64,000 bases of DNA from an uncultured Bdellovibrionales bacterium (lineage in GTDB: Bacteria; Patescibacteriota; Minisyncoccia; Moranbacterales; UBA1568), in the NCBI GenBank assembly GCA_964451495.1, contig CAYVHS010000001.1, forward strand, positions 69,358-133,357, read 5' to 3'. Of this stretch, positions 29,392 to 39,228 are shown piece after piece. Position 1 is the stretch's first letter; each line of letters opens with the position of its first letter. Below the pieces are notes generated by a model. The model saw only the letters and a list, made by a program, of their open reading frames with translations. It ran no database searches and was not told the origin of the DNA. The translations under genes and the position numbers were made by a program.

Positions 29392-30510
29392 TTAGAGCGA
29401 GGCATAGATATCCTCGTACTGCTTGGCGGTATTTTTGAGGTCGAAGTGATCTTTGACGAAGCGGCGAGCATTGCTTCCTAGACGCTCACACTCCTCTGGA
29501 ACATCGTGCAAAGAGACGATATTTCTAATTAGATCTTCGCCTGAATCTTTCGGTACCATCACGCAGATATCGGGATTCGAGAATTCACCGAACTGCGGAA
29601 GTGTCGAGAGTATGACTGGCTTGCTACAAGCGTAGGCTTCGATGATGATGAGCGGGACATCGAATTTCCCATTGAGATTAGCGACTGGAAAGATGACCAG
29701 GTCAGAAGTATTATAGAGACTCGGCATATCGGTGATGGTATCGGAAAATGAAACATACTGCGATATTCCGGCATCAGCAAATCGCCTTACCACATTTTGT
29801 TTTTTCTTGGCATCAGCCTCGTTTTTTACGCGGCAGGCGAAAACAAAACGGATGTTGGTCTCAGGATTTTTCTGGAAAAAATCGATGAAAGTGTCGGTGA
29901 GCATATCAGTCGCTCCGAGGCGGACATATTCGCCTGGATAGATGACGATGAAATGCTCTTTGGAAAATCCGAGCTGTTCGATGATTTGATTATTTTTCGG
30001 TTGCGGAGAATAGCGGTCGAGATCGATGCCTGGATAAATACGAGTGACATTGAACAACCCCAATCGTTCGAGTTTTTTCTTGGAGCGATCGGTATAAACG
30101 ACGAGATGATCGGCGAAGAGGAGTTTTTTGATTTCATTTGGAGAATAGAGGTCGTCACGGAGGGTTGCTACCGTCTGAATAGTTTTACCAGATGGTTTGG
30201 CGAACCATTTAATGAGAGAGGTGTTCTGCTTGGTCGGAGTAAAGAGGTAGTGAGTGATATCAAACGTATCGCGAACTTTGCGCAGATAGGAAAAAAGTTC
30301 GAATTTTGTTTTGAGAGCGAAATGCCCCGACGAGAAAATTGGTTCTTCGCGAACGCTTGTTGGGAGGTCAGCAAGTTTTTCTCGAGTGGTGAGGAGTGTC
30401 AGTGTGTGGCCCGAGACTTCCTTGCCGAGAAAGTAGGCGAAGTTTTTGGAGGCTTCGTCCCAGGGAGGAGCGAGTGGTCGAGTGGCGAGAAGAACGGTTT
30501 TATGGGACAT
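29392..30510 (-). CDS. GT-B fold glycosyltransferase (GT4-like)
   Basis: C-terminal domain with PLIIIEAYACSKPVILS (E-x7-E-like). Two-Rossmann architecture by length and composition. Confidence 0.65.
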   Translation of the reverse strand: MSHKTVLLATRPLAPPWDEASKNFAYFLGKEVSGHTLTLLTTREKLADLPTSVREEPIFSSGHFALKTKFELFSYLRKVRDTFDITHYLFTPTKQNTSLIKWFAKPSGKTIQTVATLRDDLYSPNEIKKLLFADHLVVYTDRSKKKLERLGLFNVTRIYPGIDLDRYSPQPKNNQIIEQLGFSKEHFIVIYPGEYVRLGATDMLTDTFIDFFQKNPETNIRFVFACRVKNEADAKKKQNVVRRFADAGISQYVSFSDTITDMPSLYNTSDLVIFPVANLNGKFDVPLIIIEAYACSKPVILSTLPQFGEFSNPDICVMVPKDSGEDLIRNIVSLHDVPEECERLGSNARRFVKDHFDLKNTAKQYEDIYASL

Positions 30511-30622
30511 AAAATTTTTAATTTCAAATTCTCAATTTCTAAACAATTTCCAATGATTGAATTTCAAAATTAAGAAATTAAAACATTGTTTGAAAATTAT
30601 AAATTGAAAATTGAAAAATTAT

Positions 30623-30976
30623 TTATCTATATATTTCTTTTTTCTCTATTCCAGTTGTGACGATAATGGTAGTGCGGATATCGGGTGTAGCAGAAATATC
30701 GGGTGTGATTGTGATGCTATTGCCTTTCGTCACGATGAGTGCTTCTTTTATGAGGCTTTGTTTGTCTGCGACAATCTCGTACTCAAAACGATTCGTGTCG
30801 CTGTGGTTGTCGATGGTGAATGTGAGACTAACCGGCTGTCCTGGAGTAGCAAACGAGAGTGTCCACCAGGACTTTCCCTGGTTGGGATCGAGCTCGCTTT
30901 CGTTACGCCAGAAAAGGAAGCAGGTGCTAGCAGCAAAGAGGATGATGAAGATGATAATGAGAGATTTCTGTGTCAT
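30623..30976 (-). CDS. Hypothetical small secreted or membrane-anchored protein
   Basis: N-terminal hydrophobic helix followed by a Thr/Ile-rich beta-like region. Confidence 0.4.
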   Translation of the reverse strand: MTQKSLIIIFIILFAASTCFLFWRNESELDPNQGKSWWTLSFATPGQPVSLTFTIDNHSDTNRFEYEIVADKQSLIKEALIVTKGNSITITPDISATPDIRTTIIVTTGIEKKEIYR

Positions 30977-30979
30977 AGG

Positions 30980-32968
30980 CTACTGGTTACGGGCATAAAT
31001 ATGGACACCATCATTGGCATAGATGCGAGAGAATTTCTCTGATTTTTCGAATTGGGCGGTATCGAGACTCGGATTGACCATGATGAGGCTGATACCCGTT
31101 TCATCGTAGCATTTTTCTCCTTGTGCTGTATTGGGCACAGAGATCATGAGGAGCGTGCATTGTTCGCGGTTCGGATTGTCCTCGTAGCGCTTGAAGAAGC
31201 CGCGAGAAAAAGGGAAGGAATAATCTCGCATGAAAAAGAGTTTGATCCACGAATCCGCCGTGATGTAGTTGTGATCTTTGAGGACGATGTTCTCTGGGCC
31301 TGCATGGGAAGCGAGGTAGCGTGCGGCATGAAATGTCTCTAGAGCACCGAGTGCTTTGCTTTTGGGAAGTAGAGTCTGGCTGTTGTCGAATGATCCGCTG
31401 CCGATAGAGAAAACAAAGAGCGAAAAAAGAATAGCAGAAAAAAGCAGACTCGGAACAGCGCTCTCGGCGTATGCTTTCCTGAGAAGAGTAATAATACCCA
31501 CAGCGGAAAAAGCGGCGAGTACGCCAAGCGGGAAAGAAAGATAGGCGCCAATACGACTCGATGGGATATCGATGAAGAGGAGGTCAGGACGAAGTGTCAT
31601 GATAAAAAGTATGATGCCCCAGCCGAAGAGAAAAGCATTGGCATAACGGTTACGGAGTCTGGTCGCAATGAGGAGAAGTATGATGCCGGCGAGACCGAGG
31701 GCCACACGTGCCTCGCCATTGGATGAGGAGATTTGTAGGAACGAGAGTCCTGTTCGCGTGGTCTTGGTCGGTGTGCCGAGAGCTGTACCGACGGCACTTG
31801 TCTCGATATACGTCGGCATGGCGACAGCGAAGAAAAATATGATCGCGAAAAGTGTAACGAAGAGTGGACCAGGCGAAAAAAAGAGTGTCATCCAGGAACG
31901 GATGGTGCGAGTAAAATCATCAAAATGAAGTATGAGAAAGGCTAGAGCGGAGGCGATGAGGACAAAGAGGAGTATGAGAGTACTTAAATGATGGATATAA
32001 GCGAGCGTGAAGGTGAGAGAGAAGCCGAGAGCCAAGAATCCGGGGCGTTTCTCCTCAAAAGCACGGTAATAGGCGAGAAGGATGAGCGGTATAAAGAGGT
32101 TACCGAAGGTATTGCCGACGACGCCACCCGAAACAAATTTGGCGTGTGGTGAGGCGAGGGTATAGAGTGGACCAAAGAAAAGGAGTGTCGCGAGCGCAAT
32201 ATTTTGCGGAGTGAATATTTTGGCAGAAAGGAAGCGGGTCTTGATTCCCGAAGCGAGCCGAAGCGCAAGAGTAGCGAGTGCGAGCAGATTGAGTAGATTG
32301 ATACAGAGCAAAAAGACCACTGGAAAAGCAGAAAAGAAATCGATATGGGAAATAATATTGATAGCCGAAAAAGGGAGGTGTTCGCCGATGATAAAATCGG
32401 CTATCGGTTGGGGGGCGCTTACAGAGTAGACTCCATCAGCCCCAGTGATGATTTCTTGCTTGGCATAGATGGGGAGGGTGCCGGTTTCCGAGATGAGCTT
32501 GGACCAGTACAGGTGATGGCCGAGATCGGTCGCTGTCGGGAGGACCGCATGCATCATGTAGATGGTCTTGATGAGGATAGTCAGCGTGATGAGAAGTACA
32601 AAGAGCCAGCTCTGGTGTTTTGAAAAAGGGAACTCTGATACGCTCTCTGAAGCCGTTTCGGTTTTGGCATCGGATAGCTTTTGCTTTTGAAATTTTTGAA
32701 TACTCCAGGTGATACCAGATATGACCGTGATACTTGTGAACAACCCCAAAGAAAGCGAGAGGGGAGAGTAAAGAATACCAGCTTTGCCCAGTGCAATCAT
32801 CAGAAAATCAAGGAGAGCCATACTCATGCCGAAGGAAAAGAGAAATGTCTCAAATGGTAGAAGGGTGCCTTTTTTGCCAAAAAAAGCCCGCAAAAGCAGG
32901 AATCCTGGCACAAAAAAAAGAATGCCAGAGACGAGAAGAAACAAAAGTGGTGCAAAAAAGAGGTGCAT
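30980..32968 (-). CDS. Large polytopic membrane protein, possible GT-C-like glycosyltransferase
   Basis: 662 aa with at least 12 TM helices. Loop with TATDLGHHLYW. Located within the glycosylation locus. Family not recognised with confidence. Confidence 0.45.
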   Translation of the reverse strand: MHLFFAPLLFLLVSGILFFVPGFLLLRAFFGKKGTLLPFETFLFSFGMSMALLDFLMIALGKAGILYSPLSLSLGLFTSITVISGITWSIQKFQKQKLSDAKTETASESVSEFPFSKHQSWLFVLLITLTILIKTIYMMHAVLPTATDLGHHLYWSKLISETGTLPIYAKQEIITGADGVYSVSAPQPIADFIIGEHLPFSAINIISHIDFFSAFPVVFLLCINLLNLLALATLALRLASGIKTRFLSAKIFTPQNIALATLLFFGPLYTLASPHAKFVSGGVVGNTFGNLFIPLILLAYYRAFEEKRPGFLALGFSLTFTLAYIHHLSTLILLFVLIASALAFLILHFDDFTRTIRSWMTLFFSPGPLFVTLFAIIFFFAVAMPTYIETSAVGTALGTPTKTTRTGLSFLQISSSNGEARVALGLAGIILLLIATRLRNRYANAFLFGWGIILFIMTLRPDLLFIDIPSSRIGAYLSFPLGVLAAFSAVGIITLLRKAYAESAVPSLLFSAILFSLFVFSIGSGSFDNSQTLLPKSKALGALETFHAARYLASHAGPENIVLKDHNYITADSWIKLFFMRDYSFPFSRGFFKRYEDNPNREQCTLLMISVPNTAQGEKCYDETGISLIMVNPSLDTAQFEKSEKFSRIYANDGVHIYARNQ

Positions 32969-32971
32969 GCT

Positions 32972-34054
32972 TTAATTATGCCTCAAACCGGCTATCTTTT
33001 CCAGCGTATGAGCGTATTGCTTGGCGATGTTATCCCAAGCGTAGTGATCGACAACGTATCGGCGAACCTGTTTTTTGAAGGCTTGCAAGCGTGGCGTATC
33101 GTTTAAAAGTGTAGTAATAAGAGATATATACTGCTCTCTATTTTCTGTTTCGACGAGATAGCCGTTCTCGCCATCCTTGATAGCATCTTTCAGTCCTTCG
33201 AGAGAAGAAGCGATGACAGGGAGTTCGCAAGAGGCGGCTTCAATGACGGAGATACCAAATCCCTCCATGTCGCCCTGTATTTGGATATTTGGCTGGATGA
33301 AGAGGTCGCAGGTATTAAAAAGCGTATCACGGACTTCATCAGTGACGTAGCCGAGTAATTTTACCCGAGATGGGTCATTAATTTCTGCTATGGCCTTGCG
33401 AATATTCTCTCGGTCAGCACCATCGCCAGCAACAACGTAAATGGTATTGTCTGGAAGTTTCGAAACGACGTTACGAATAAACCACGCGACGCCTTTGCGT
33501 TTCGCGAGTCGGCCAGAAGTGAGGAGGACATGCTTGCCAGCGAGAGGGATCTCAAGTATTTTCTCGAGCTCTTCTCGCGTATGGGGAGCGTAGAATTTTT
33601 CGGTGTCGACTCCATTAGGGATGAAGATACATTTTTCTTCGGGAATTCCCCGAGCGACACCAGCTCGGATAGTCTCGTTGCCAACAGCAATCAACGCATC
33701 GAGCGCAGGGAGAAATCGCTTTACCCAGAAATGCTGGTACACAGTACTCGTGAATGTCAGATCGAGACCATGGACGACAGAGACGACCGTCTTATTGTGA
33801 TAGCACTGCTTCACACACCAGCCGAGAATACCGAGTACGCCATCACCGAGGAGGAGTACATCGTATGTCCGTATGAGTGAGAGCGCTCGAAGCGTGGCGT
33901 AGGGCAGGAAAAATGGCAAGAATTTTTTCCCGTAGCGATTAGCAATTGTGGTAGTTTCCGCGTATTTCGGCAGCCACTGCGAAAGCTCGTAGTTTTGGTT
34001 CTCGATACCACCGACTATAGGCGGATACGCCCGTGAGATGAAAAGAATCCGCAT
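32972..34054 (-). CDS. GT4-family glycosyltransferase
   Basis: MRILFISRAYPPIVGGIENQ N-terminus. EGFGISVIEAASCELPVIAS E-x7-E motif. Confidence 0.85.
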   Translation of the reverse strand: MRILFISRAYPPIVGGIENQNYELSQWLPKYAETTTIANRYGKKFLPFFLPYATLRALSLIRTYDVLLLGDGVLGILGWCVKQCYHNKTVVSVVHGLDLTFTSTVYQHFWVKRFLPALDALIAVGNETIRAGVARGIPEEKCIFIPNGVDTEKFYAPHTREELEKILEIPLAGKHVLLTSGRLAKRKGVAWFIRNVVSKLPDNTIYVVAGDGADRENIRKAIAEINDPSRVKLLGYVTDEVRDTLFNTCDLFIQPNIQIQGDMEGFGISVIEAASCELPVIASSLEGLKDAIKDGENGYLVETENREQYISLITTLLNDTPRLQAFKKQVRRYVVDHYAWDNIAKQYAHTLEKIAGLRHN

Positions 34055-34067
34055 AAGAATCGAAGTA

Positions 34068-35021
34068 TTATTTCTTATATCGATCTTTCTTGGCGAGGTA
34101 CATGATGTCTTCAGTCAGGCGGCGGTTGGATTTGATCATGTCGGCGATGAACGCGAAGATGAGGAGTTGGATGCCGATGATGAATGTGACACTCGCAGTG
34201 ATGAGGTAATTCAGATAGGGAGTGACTTTGAAATCATGGGAAAGGTATTGGAAAAGGAAAAGTGCAAAAATAATAATTGAGAGTGTAATCAGGATGAGAC
34301 CAGGGATACCGAAGAACTTCATGGGACGGACATCACGTACAGCTTTTAGAATAATACGGCCGCTGTTGTTCACATAGTTGAAAATACTTTTGACGACGCG
34401 CGACTTGCGACCGGCGAAATAGGTTACCGCCACTGGCACCCAAATGATTTTCAGGTGCTTGCCGATAGCATCGATAATGACTTCCTGCGTGTAGGTGTAG
34501 TCACCGGGAAGGTTCAGACGGAAAAGCGTCTCACGGTTGTAGGCACGGAAACCGCACGTGAGGTCTTTGATATCGACGTTCATGAACCAGCCGATAATCT
34601 TGGCAGCCAGGCGATTGAGTGTATCTTTGATCCAGGGAATATTCTTAGCTTTCAAATGATCAAAGCGGTCTGCACTCACCATATCTGCTTGATTGGCGAG
34701 AATCGGTGCGATGATTTTTTTGATATCTTCGGGATCGAACTGGCCATCGGCATCGATATTGACCATGATATCAGCGCCATTTTCGAGAGCACGTTCGACG
34801 GCATGGCGGAACGTCTTGCCGATGCCACGATTGATGCCATTTGAATATACGAAATCGGCTCCGCCAGCACGAGATTCTTCCAGGGTCCGATCCTCTGATC
34901 CGTCATCAATTACTTGTACGAGTACTTCATCAACACCGTCGATCTGACGCGGAATCCTCTTGATAGTGCTCGCAATCTTTTCTTCTTCGTTGTAGGCGGG
35001 CAAATTGACTATGAGGCGCAT
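34068..35021 (-). CDS. GT2 polyprenyl-phosphate glycosyltransferase with C-terminal TM anchor (GtrB/ArnC-like)
   Basis: LPAYNEEEKI..VIDDGSEDRT..NIDADGQFDP. Two C-terminal TM helices. Confidence 0.85.
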   Translation of the reverse strand: MRLIVNLPAYNEEEKIASTIKRIPRQIDGVDEVLVQVIDDGSEDRTLEESRAGGADFVYSNGINRGIGKTFRHAVERALENGADIMVNIDADGQFDPEDIKKIIAPILANQADMVSADRFDHLKAKNIPWIKDTLNRLAAKIIGWFMNVDIKDLTCGFRAYNRETLFRLNLPGDYTYTQEVIIDAIGKHLKIIWVPVAVTYFAGRKSRVVKSIFNYVNNSGRIILKAVRDVRPMKFFGIPGLILITLSIIIFALFLFQYLSHDFKVTPYLNYLITASVTFIIGIQLLIFAFIADMIKSNRRLTEDIMYLAKKDRYKK

Positions 35022-35071
35022 ATCTGTACATTTTAAATTCTAAATTTCAAATTTTAAAATAAAATCAAAAG

Positions 35072-35308
35072 TCATTGTTTTCGGATGAGCAGTTTGGGAT
35101 CGACACATTGGAAATCGCATTTTTCTTTGGCACCATCGATACCGCTTTTGATCAGATCTGCGCGGCACTGGTCGAGCTTTTCTTGGCAGGCTACTTTGCG
35201 TTCACTCCAGTAATGCGTATTGATTTCATATCCGAAGTAGGGCAGAGCGAAATAGGCAATCGTCGCGACGCCAGCCAGCCAGATGACAAGTCTGATAAGA
35301 GAAAACAT
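35072..35308 (-). CDS. Hypothetical small membrane protein with 4 Cys
   Basis: N-terminal TM helix, then C..C..C..C. AT-rich codon usage. Confidence 0.35.
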   Translation of the reverse strand: MFSLIRLVIWLAGVATIAYFALPYFGYEINTHYWSERKVACQEKLDQCRADLIKSGIDGAKEKCDFQCVDPKLLIRKQ

Positions 35309-35316
35309 AATTTCGT

Positions 35317-36054
35317 TTATTTATATTTGTCTCCAATCTTAATAGAATTGAAGGCAAAATCAGCATCTTTTTTGATGCTATGATTTTCAGAAGAAGATAC
35401 GCTTATCTCAATTCTTTTCTCGGGAAAAAATTTAACGTACTTTTTATTTACACAGTCAAAATCGTCCGTGAATTTGAAACAATCAAAAACAACACTATCT
35501 CCTCCTTTCTTCCCCCCAAATACATAAAAAGTGCTTTTGTTTATATCGATAGTCGTATAGGGGTTATCTGGGTACGCCTGAGCATATTCCTGGGGATTTT
35601 TTGAATTTGAGAACTGGCGGTGGTTGTTAGTCTTTACATTGTAGTCAAAATATTTAATGGTCAGTAGTTGATCATGACTCGTTGCAAAGGGGTATGGAGA
35701 TTTAGTAAGGTTAAATTTTTGGTAGCCATTGCCTCCGAAGTCTGTGTAGTCTAATTTCCATTTTAATGGGTATTTCAGAGTAAGGACGGTGTTTCCTTGG
35801 GAGTCGATAACAGAGAGAGTTCGTGTCCAGTAATTATTTAGAGTCCAAATAACTATGGGAAATATAACAATGAGAAGTAGTATAAATCGGTGAGTATGTT
35901 TAGTCTCATGGGTGCGGTGAGTGATTTTCAATACTACATAAATAATACCTAAAACAACTATAGCAACTATAGCAATGAATGGGTCACTTACTAAACTTGC
36001 AAGTCCTACAATCAAACCTTCGAGTAGCCAAAAAAAATAATTGAGCAATGTCAT
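35317..36054 (-). CDS. Hypothetical membrane protein (2 TM plus Asn/Tyr/Lys-rich ectodomain)
   Basis: ORF in an AT-rich block that is compositionally distinct from its neighbours. Confidence 0.4.
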   Translation of the reverse strand: MTLLNYFFWLLEGLIVGLASLVSDPFIAIVAIVVLGIIYVVLKITHRTHETKHTHRFILLLIVIFPIVIWTLNNYWTRTLSVIDSQGNTVLTLKYPLKWKLDYTDFGGNGYQKFNLTKSPYPFATSHDQLLTIKYFDYNVKTNNHRQFSNSKNPQEYAQAYPDNPYTTIDINKSTFYVFGGKKGGDSVVFDCFKFTDDFDCVNKKYVKFFPEKRIEISVSSSENHSIKKDADFAFNSIKIGDKYK

Positions 36055-36066
36055 AGCCTTACTGTT

Positions 36067-37356
36067 TTAACGGCCAATGCCTTTATAGATAAACGACTTC
36101 TCTTTTTTGAAGAGATCGCGATCAAGACAGTTTTTGCCATCGAGAATCACTTTGATTTTGTGCTTTTTGAGGAGCGCCGGGGTGAGGACCTCGATAAATT
36201 CCTTGTGATTGGTAGCAATAAAGAGTGCATCGGATTTTTTGAGGAGGGTTTCAAGATTTTTCACGGTAGAAAGCTTTGGGAGATAGGGATCGAATGTCTC
36301 TACCTTAGCCAGGTGGGCTTTCAAATGCTTGATCACTTCGAGGGCGGGGGATTCACGGAGGTCGCTTACATTGGCTTTGTAGGCGAGGCCGAGGACGCCG
36401 ACAGTGATACCATTCATGGCGATTTTCTTTTCATTGAGGGCGTCTTGGAGACGATCAACAGCATAGAGTGGCATGTTGTCATTGGTCTCGATAGCGTGGC
36501 GGAGAAAAACATGATCAAAGCCGGATTCCTTGGCGCGCTGTACAAGATAGTGGGGGTCAACAGGGATACAGTGTCCACCGATACCACAGGAAGGATAATG
36601 TGCCATGAAAGCAAAGGGTTTGGTTGCGGCACCGTCGATGACGTCTTTGACATCGATGCCCAGACTATCGAAAGACATGGCAATTTCATTGACGAAAGCG
36701 ATGTTCACGTTGCGGAAAGAGTTTTCGAGGATTTTGGTCGCTTCCGCTTCACGAATAGATTTCATTGGTCGGATATCCGCATCGACGATGCTCCGGTAAA
36801 AAGCGAGTGACATATCGAGACCTTTCTTGTCAAAGGATCCGACGACACGAGGAATATTCGTGACGTCCCATTTTGGATCTCCTGGATTGATGCGTTCCGG
36901 GCAGTGTGAGATATAAACATCTTTGCCAATAGCGAATCCATGTTTCTCGAAAATCGGTTTGACGATTTCTTCCGAGACATAAGGATTGACGGTGGATTCG
37001 AGCACGACGAGGGCGCCTTTTTTGCAGTGGAGAGCAACCGTCTCTGAGGCATCAATGACCGGAGTCAGATCTGGCTGGCGAAGGGCATCGACGGGAGTCG
37101 GCACACAGATGATATGAATGTCTGCATCTCCGATATCGGCGGGAGTGCTGGTGAGTTTGATAGGGTAGGCACGTTGGTTTTTTTCGAGGTAGGCATCTTT
37201 AAAGATGAGCTTGCCTTGCCTAAGCGCCTGTATTTTCGTCTCGTCGATATCAAATCCAATCACATCATAGCCGCGTTCCCTCGTGCGGACAGCAAGCGGC
37301 AGACCGACATAGCCGAGACCGATGACCGAAACTGTTTTTTGAGTGGTTTTTATCAT
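36067..37356 (-). CDS. Nucleotide-sugar dehydrogenase (UDP-glucose/GDP-mannose dehydrogenase family, WecC/TviB-like)
   Basis: VSVIGLGYVGLPLAV Rossmann motif. Catalytic SCGIGGHCIPVDP. 429 aa. Confidence 0.85.
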   Translation of the reverse strand: MIKTTQKTVSVIGLGYVGLPLAVRTRERGYDVIGFDIDETKIQALRQGKLIFKDAYLEKNQRAYPIKLTSTPADIGDADIHIICVPTPVDALRQPDLTPVIDASETVALHCKKGALVVLESTVNPYVSEEIVKPIFEKHGFAIGKDVYISHCPERINPGDPKWDVTNIPRVVGSFDKKGLDMSLAFYRSIVDADIRPMKSIREAEATKILENSFRNVNIAFVNEIAMSFDSLGIDVKDVIDGAATKPFAFMAHYPSCGIGGHCIPVDPHYLVQRAKESGFDHVFLRHAIETNDNMPLYAVDRLQDALNEKKIAMNGITVGVLGLAYKANVSDLRESPALEVIKHLKAHLAKVETFDPYLPKLSTVKNLETLLKKSDALFIATNHKEFIEVLTPALLKKHKIKVILDGKNCLDRDLFKKEKSFIYKGIGR

Positions 37357-37437
37357 AGAGAATCTTACAGATAACTGTTCCTATTCTACGAGAAAGGCTA
37401 TAAAATGGCAAGAAATGGGAGAGAAGTATGTGCAACA

Positions 37438-37466
37438 TTGACAGTTGAGAAAGGTGATGATATAAA
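37438..37466 (+). promoter_or_regulatory. Sigma70-like promoter TTGACA-N17-TATAAA
   Basis: TTGACA at 37438..37443, a 17-nt spacer, then TATAAA at 37461..37466. Confidence 0.5.
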
Positions 37467-37665
37467 ATGTTCACATCTCGATATGTCGGGATTCAAAAGT
37501 TCTTTGGAATGATAACAGCTCCGTGTGTTTATAGCATCGGTAGCTTGGTTACCCTAAATATCTTGGAGTAAGCAAGCTCCCGATGTAGTACCATGGAGTA
37601 GCACTCGCAGTCGTGAGCGAGGGAAATGTATTTTTCACGATAATCTGTCCAAGGAGGAACACGCG

Positions 37666-37761
37666 ATGAAAGTAGCTGTCCCCCCCTTGGCGGCAATTCT
37701 CGCCCAAACCGATGACCAGAGCACCATAGGACTGCAGATTCCTGTAAGGACTGGAGGTTGA
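37666..37761 (+). CDS. Candidate small ORF, 31 aa (MKVAVPPLAAILAQTDDQSTIGLQIPVRTGG)
   Basis: Perfect AAGGAGG at 37651..37657, 8 nt before the ATG. Lies inside a promoter-to-terminator unit. Not in the ORF track because it is under 60 aa. Confidence 0.3.
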   Translation: MKVAVPPLAAILAQTDDQSTIGLQIPVRTGG

Positions 37762-37875
37762 CGACAAGGATTGTCGCCATCAGAGCTTCTTGAGAGAAGG
37801 GAAAATGTTTGCTTTAATTTTGCCCGGCCGTCTTTACGGCTAAAGGAAACACTTCTACTTAAGTAAGTCTCTACA

Positions 37876-37915
37876 CCCCCCCGTAGTTCGCGAAGCGTTC
37901 TGCGGGGGTTTTTAT
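37876..37915 (+). terminator. Rho-independent terminator (GC-rich hairpin with GAA triloop plus T-tract)
   Basis: cccccccgtagttcgcgaagcgttctgcgggggttttta. Confidence 0.55.
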
Positions 37916-37939
37916 TACCAAACGAAAGTAAGTTGTTGT

Positions 37940-37975
37940 TTTCGATTTTTTCATACTTTCATTTGCTGGTATAAT
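37940..37975 (+). promoter_or_regulatory. Extended -10 promoter (TGgTATAAT) upstream of the GT4 gene
   Basis: ttgctggtataatgcagt about 100 nt upstream of the ATG at 38077. Confidence 0.4.
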
Positions 37976-38076
37976 GCAGTCACTATGCCCGGTAGTCGAA
38001 CTTCGAAGATGAGTAGTTTATTATCGAACCCCATAGTATTGAGTGATAGTTTTTATTCGAAGTTTCACTACTGGGT

Positions 38077-39228
38077 ATGAACATCGGCATTAACGCTTCT
38101 TTTTTGCGTAAACCTGGCACTGGCATTGGTCAGGTAACAACCAATTTTTTGAAGCAGCTCGTACACTATCAATCTTCTTTGCCGGCTGGATCGGAATTCT
38201 TTTTGTATTGCGAAGAGGTTCCTCATCTGGATTTTATCTTGCCCGAGAATTTCCATATCCGTGTATTTTTACCTTGGTGGAAGCGCGATGACCTGCCACG
38301 CAAATGGCTTTGGGAGAGACGGTTGACGACAGAGATGCGTAAAGATGCTTGCGAGATATTTCTCAGCTTGTATCAGTCTTCGACTGTATTTCGTACATCC
38401 GAAGTCTCCAAGCATGTCATGATCGTGCATGATATCATCCCGAAGTTTTTTCCAGAGTATCGGAGGAATATGCGACAATCACTCTATTGGAAGAGGGTAG
38501 AAAGAGGTATTCAATCAGTCGATCAGATTGTAGCGGTCTCGGAATACACAAAAAAAGACCTCGTGCGTGAGTTCGCTCTTTCAGGAGATGAGATTGCTGT
38601 AGTGTATCCTGATGTAGCGCCGCGGTTTTATGATTTTATTTCCGATGAAGTCCTCGCTTCGGTGCTTGAGAAATATGATATACAACCCGGGTATATATAC
38701 CATGGCGGGGGGCTTGAAGTGCGCAAGAATGCCGAACGTGTTTTGCGTGCGTACAAGATTTTGATTACGGAAGGACAGACCGCTCTTCCTCAACTCGTTA
38801 TCTCAGGAAAAATTTTTCATTCGTCGAACAAGCTTGCGACTGATGTCGAAGGACTCGTGGAAGAGCTTGGACTGGAAGATCATGTGAAGCTACTCGGTTT
38901 TGTGGCGGACGAAGATGTTCCAGCTCTCTACCGTGGAGCGTTGTTCTTTGTCTACCCATCACTCTATGAAGGCTTCGGCCTGCCAGTGCTCGAGGCGCTT
39001 CGTATGCGAGTGCCGGTACTCACATCAGATGTCGCTTCACTGCCAGAGGTTGCAGCTGACGCGGCGTTATATTGTGACCCCAAAAACATTCAGTCAATCG
39101 CAGACGGCATGAAGCGGCTTATGACCGATAGTGCACTCCGCGCGACATTGGTTTCGGCTGGCGAAAGGCAGGTGTCGCGGTTTGACTGGGGGAACTTCGT
39201 GAAAAAAATTCTTGATACATTGCTATGA
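38077..39228 (+). CDS. GT4-family glycosyltransferase
   Basis: EGFGLPVLEALRMRVPVLTS E-x7-E motif. N-terminal INASFLRKPGTGIGQ. Confidence 0.85.
   Translation: MNIGINASFLRKPGTGIGQVTTNFLKQLVHYQSSLPAGSEFFLYCEEVPHLDFILPENFHIRVFLPWWKRDDLPRKWLWERRLTTEMRKDACEIFLSLYQSSTVFRTSEVSKHVMIVHDIIPKFFPEYRRNMRQSLYWKRVERGIQSVDQIVAVSEYTKKDLVREFALSGDEIAVVYPDVAPRFYDFISDEVLASVLEKYDIQPGYIYHGGGLEVRKNAERVLRAYKILITEGQTALPQLVISGKIFHSSNKLATDVEGLVEELGLEDHVKLLGFVADEDVPALYRGALFFVYPSLYEGFGLPVLEALRMRVPVLTSDVASLPEVAADAALYCDPKNIQSIADGMKRLMTDSALRATLVSAGERQVSRFDWGNFVKKILDTLL

Noticed and set aside
37529-37780. Track ORFs of 83 and 72 aa on the minus strand
   Set aside because: They lie antisense to a promoter, SD-sORF and terminator unit, overlap each other and have low-complexity composition, so they are likely spurious.
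37470-37915. RNase P RNA, tmRNA, SRP RNA or 6S RNA in the 440-nt promoter-terminator unit
   Set aside because: I could not find P4/CR-I (AGGAAAGTCCGGGC), CR-V, the tmRNA tRNA-like ends or SRP domain IV motifs. It is kept as a candidate sORF or unknown RNA instead.
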